From NCBI GenBank assembly GCA_021613535.1, contig CP075493.1, positions 11,780,001 to 11,844,000 on the forward strand: a stretch of 64,000 nt of DNA, in the 5' to 3' direction. Below the pieces are notes generated by a model that saw nothing but the letters and a program-made list of their open reading frames with translations, did not search any database and had not been told where the DNA came from. Every line of letters starts with the position of its first letter. Positions within the stretch are counted from its first letter, which is position 1. Source of the stretch: Adineta vaga. Taxonomy: Eukaryota > Animalia > Rotifera. Below, piece by piece: positions 62,786-64,000 of the stretch. A program made the translations under genes and the position numbers.

Positions 62786-64000
62786 ATGGCAACAAATGTA
62801 AGTCGCATATATATATTTTAGAGAACATTGCCTAGAATTTATTTTCCGTTCATTTATAGCATATTGACGAATTCGATCTTAATCAACGTAGACGAAAAAT
62901 CTTCATACAAAATCTAAATCCAAATACAACAAAACAATCATTAGAAAACTATTTTTCAGCCTATGATTTTGAATGGGTTGCTGTTCCAAAAAATGATAAA
63001 GGTACGATTTCAGAGTCTTTTGCTATATAGAAGAGAGTGTTGACGAAACATATTACAAAACTTCTTCTTTTTTTTCACAGGATACAATCAATTACATGGC
63101 ATTGTTACATTTAAAAATAAAGAAAGTGTTGATGCTGTTATGGCACAGCGCATCCATCGAATTGACGATAAAGAAGTTTTCATCCATCGATCCGTTCCTA
63201 AACAAGGATCAGCTAAGGATAGTTATGGAATCAAGAAGCTGATTGTTTCCACCCACAATAATCAATCATTATTGTGCGAAGCAGATATCGAAAATCATTT
63301 CTCATCATACGGTAAAATATGTGATATTGTTACGTACAATAGTGTTGAAAACACGTGGACCATCAATTTTGATTAGTAAGTAACTTGTGCGTGCCTGCCA
63401 AAGTGATTCAATTGATATTGTACTTTTTTCATAGTTATGATTCCGTAGATCGAATTTTATTGGATGCTCCACATCGTATTGGGAAAATCGATGTGTATGT
63501 AAAGAAAGGTGATCGAACGATGACACGTAAACGATCACCCACACCAGGACGATCAGTAATACATGATAATAATAATACATTAGTAATGCCAAAGAAACCT
63601 GCCATGAAACAAGTAACAATAAGTATGCTTCTTTTTCATTTTCTTCAATGATTATATTTTCTCGATTTTCGATTTAGATAGTGAAGTTTCTTGTTTTAAA
63701 CTACCTAAAACGAGATACTGTATACATATAAAAGGTTTACCAAATAATATCGACTCCGAGATTTTATCACAAAACTTCGATTGGGATATCTGTGATTTAC
63801 TCATGGATACTTTATTCGAAGATGGAACTTCACAAACTCAATGTTGGCTGAAGAATGCTAATGATGAAAAAGAAGTGGACGATTTTATCAAGAGATGGAA
63901 CGAGAAAAAAATTGATGGATTAGTCATTCATTGTGAAAAAGAAGAAGATGAATTAGAATTATGTAATAAATTTCAATATGGTCGATGTGGAAAAAATGAT
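62786..64000 (+). CDS. Multi-RRM (hnRNP-A1-like) + divergent RRM + CCCH finger protein; 3'-truncated by the window
   Basis: MATN^; introns 62798-62859, 63002-63080, 63376-63434 and 63623-63677; RKIFIQNL, HGIVTFK..HRIDDKEV, IKKLIV..YDSVDRILL..HRI, YCIHIKGLP..CWLKN..FIKRWN..IHC, ELCNKFQYGRC. Confidence 0.8.

Noticed and set aside
1-64000. Bacterial origin or contamination of the contig
   Set aside because: Spliceosomal introns and animal-type GPCR, PAN and F-box genes are interleaved with the foreign-looking genes at uniform AT content.

Overview
This is AT-rich, gene-dense eukaryotic DNA with many short (about 50-60 nt) GT-AG introns. The gene families present point to a bdelloid rotifer (Adineta/Rotaria-like; inferred): ART+TPR, LDLa-EGF-GPCR, F-box/LRR, orphan class A GPCRs and PAN-kelch. 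About 27 genes can be reconstructed. Many are split by 1-2 nt indels, which are probably uncorrected long-read errors, and four carry nonsense substitutions. Non-metazoan-looking genes are unusually dense: a GH31 glycosidase, an actinobacterial-type amidase, an actinobacterial-type serine protease, a CmcJ/AsaB-type oxygenase, a choice-of-anchor-A/ice-binding-like mucin, a fungal-type rhodopsin fragment, a lysozyme-like membrane protein and a polymerase-palm-like ORF. The most striking structure is a three-gene cluster at 53.3-64 kb whose members share a divergent RRM + CCCH zinc-finger module. In one gene this module is fused to DEAH helicase-RING-IBR-PARP-WWE, and in its paralog to a HIT-like domain, which suggests a modular RNA-sensing defence system. 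No rRNA, tRNA, CRISPR array or intact transposase was recognised. All family calls come from motif recognition by eye; no database search was run.
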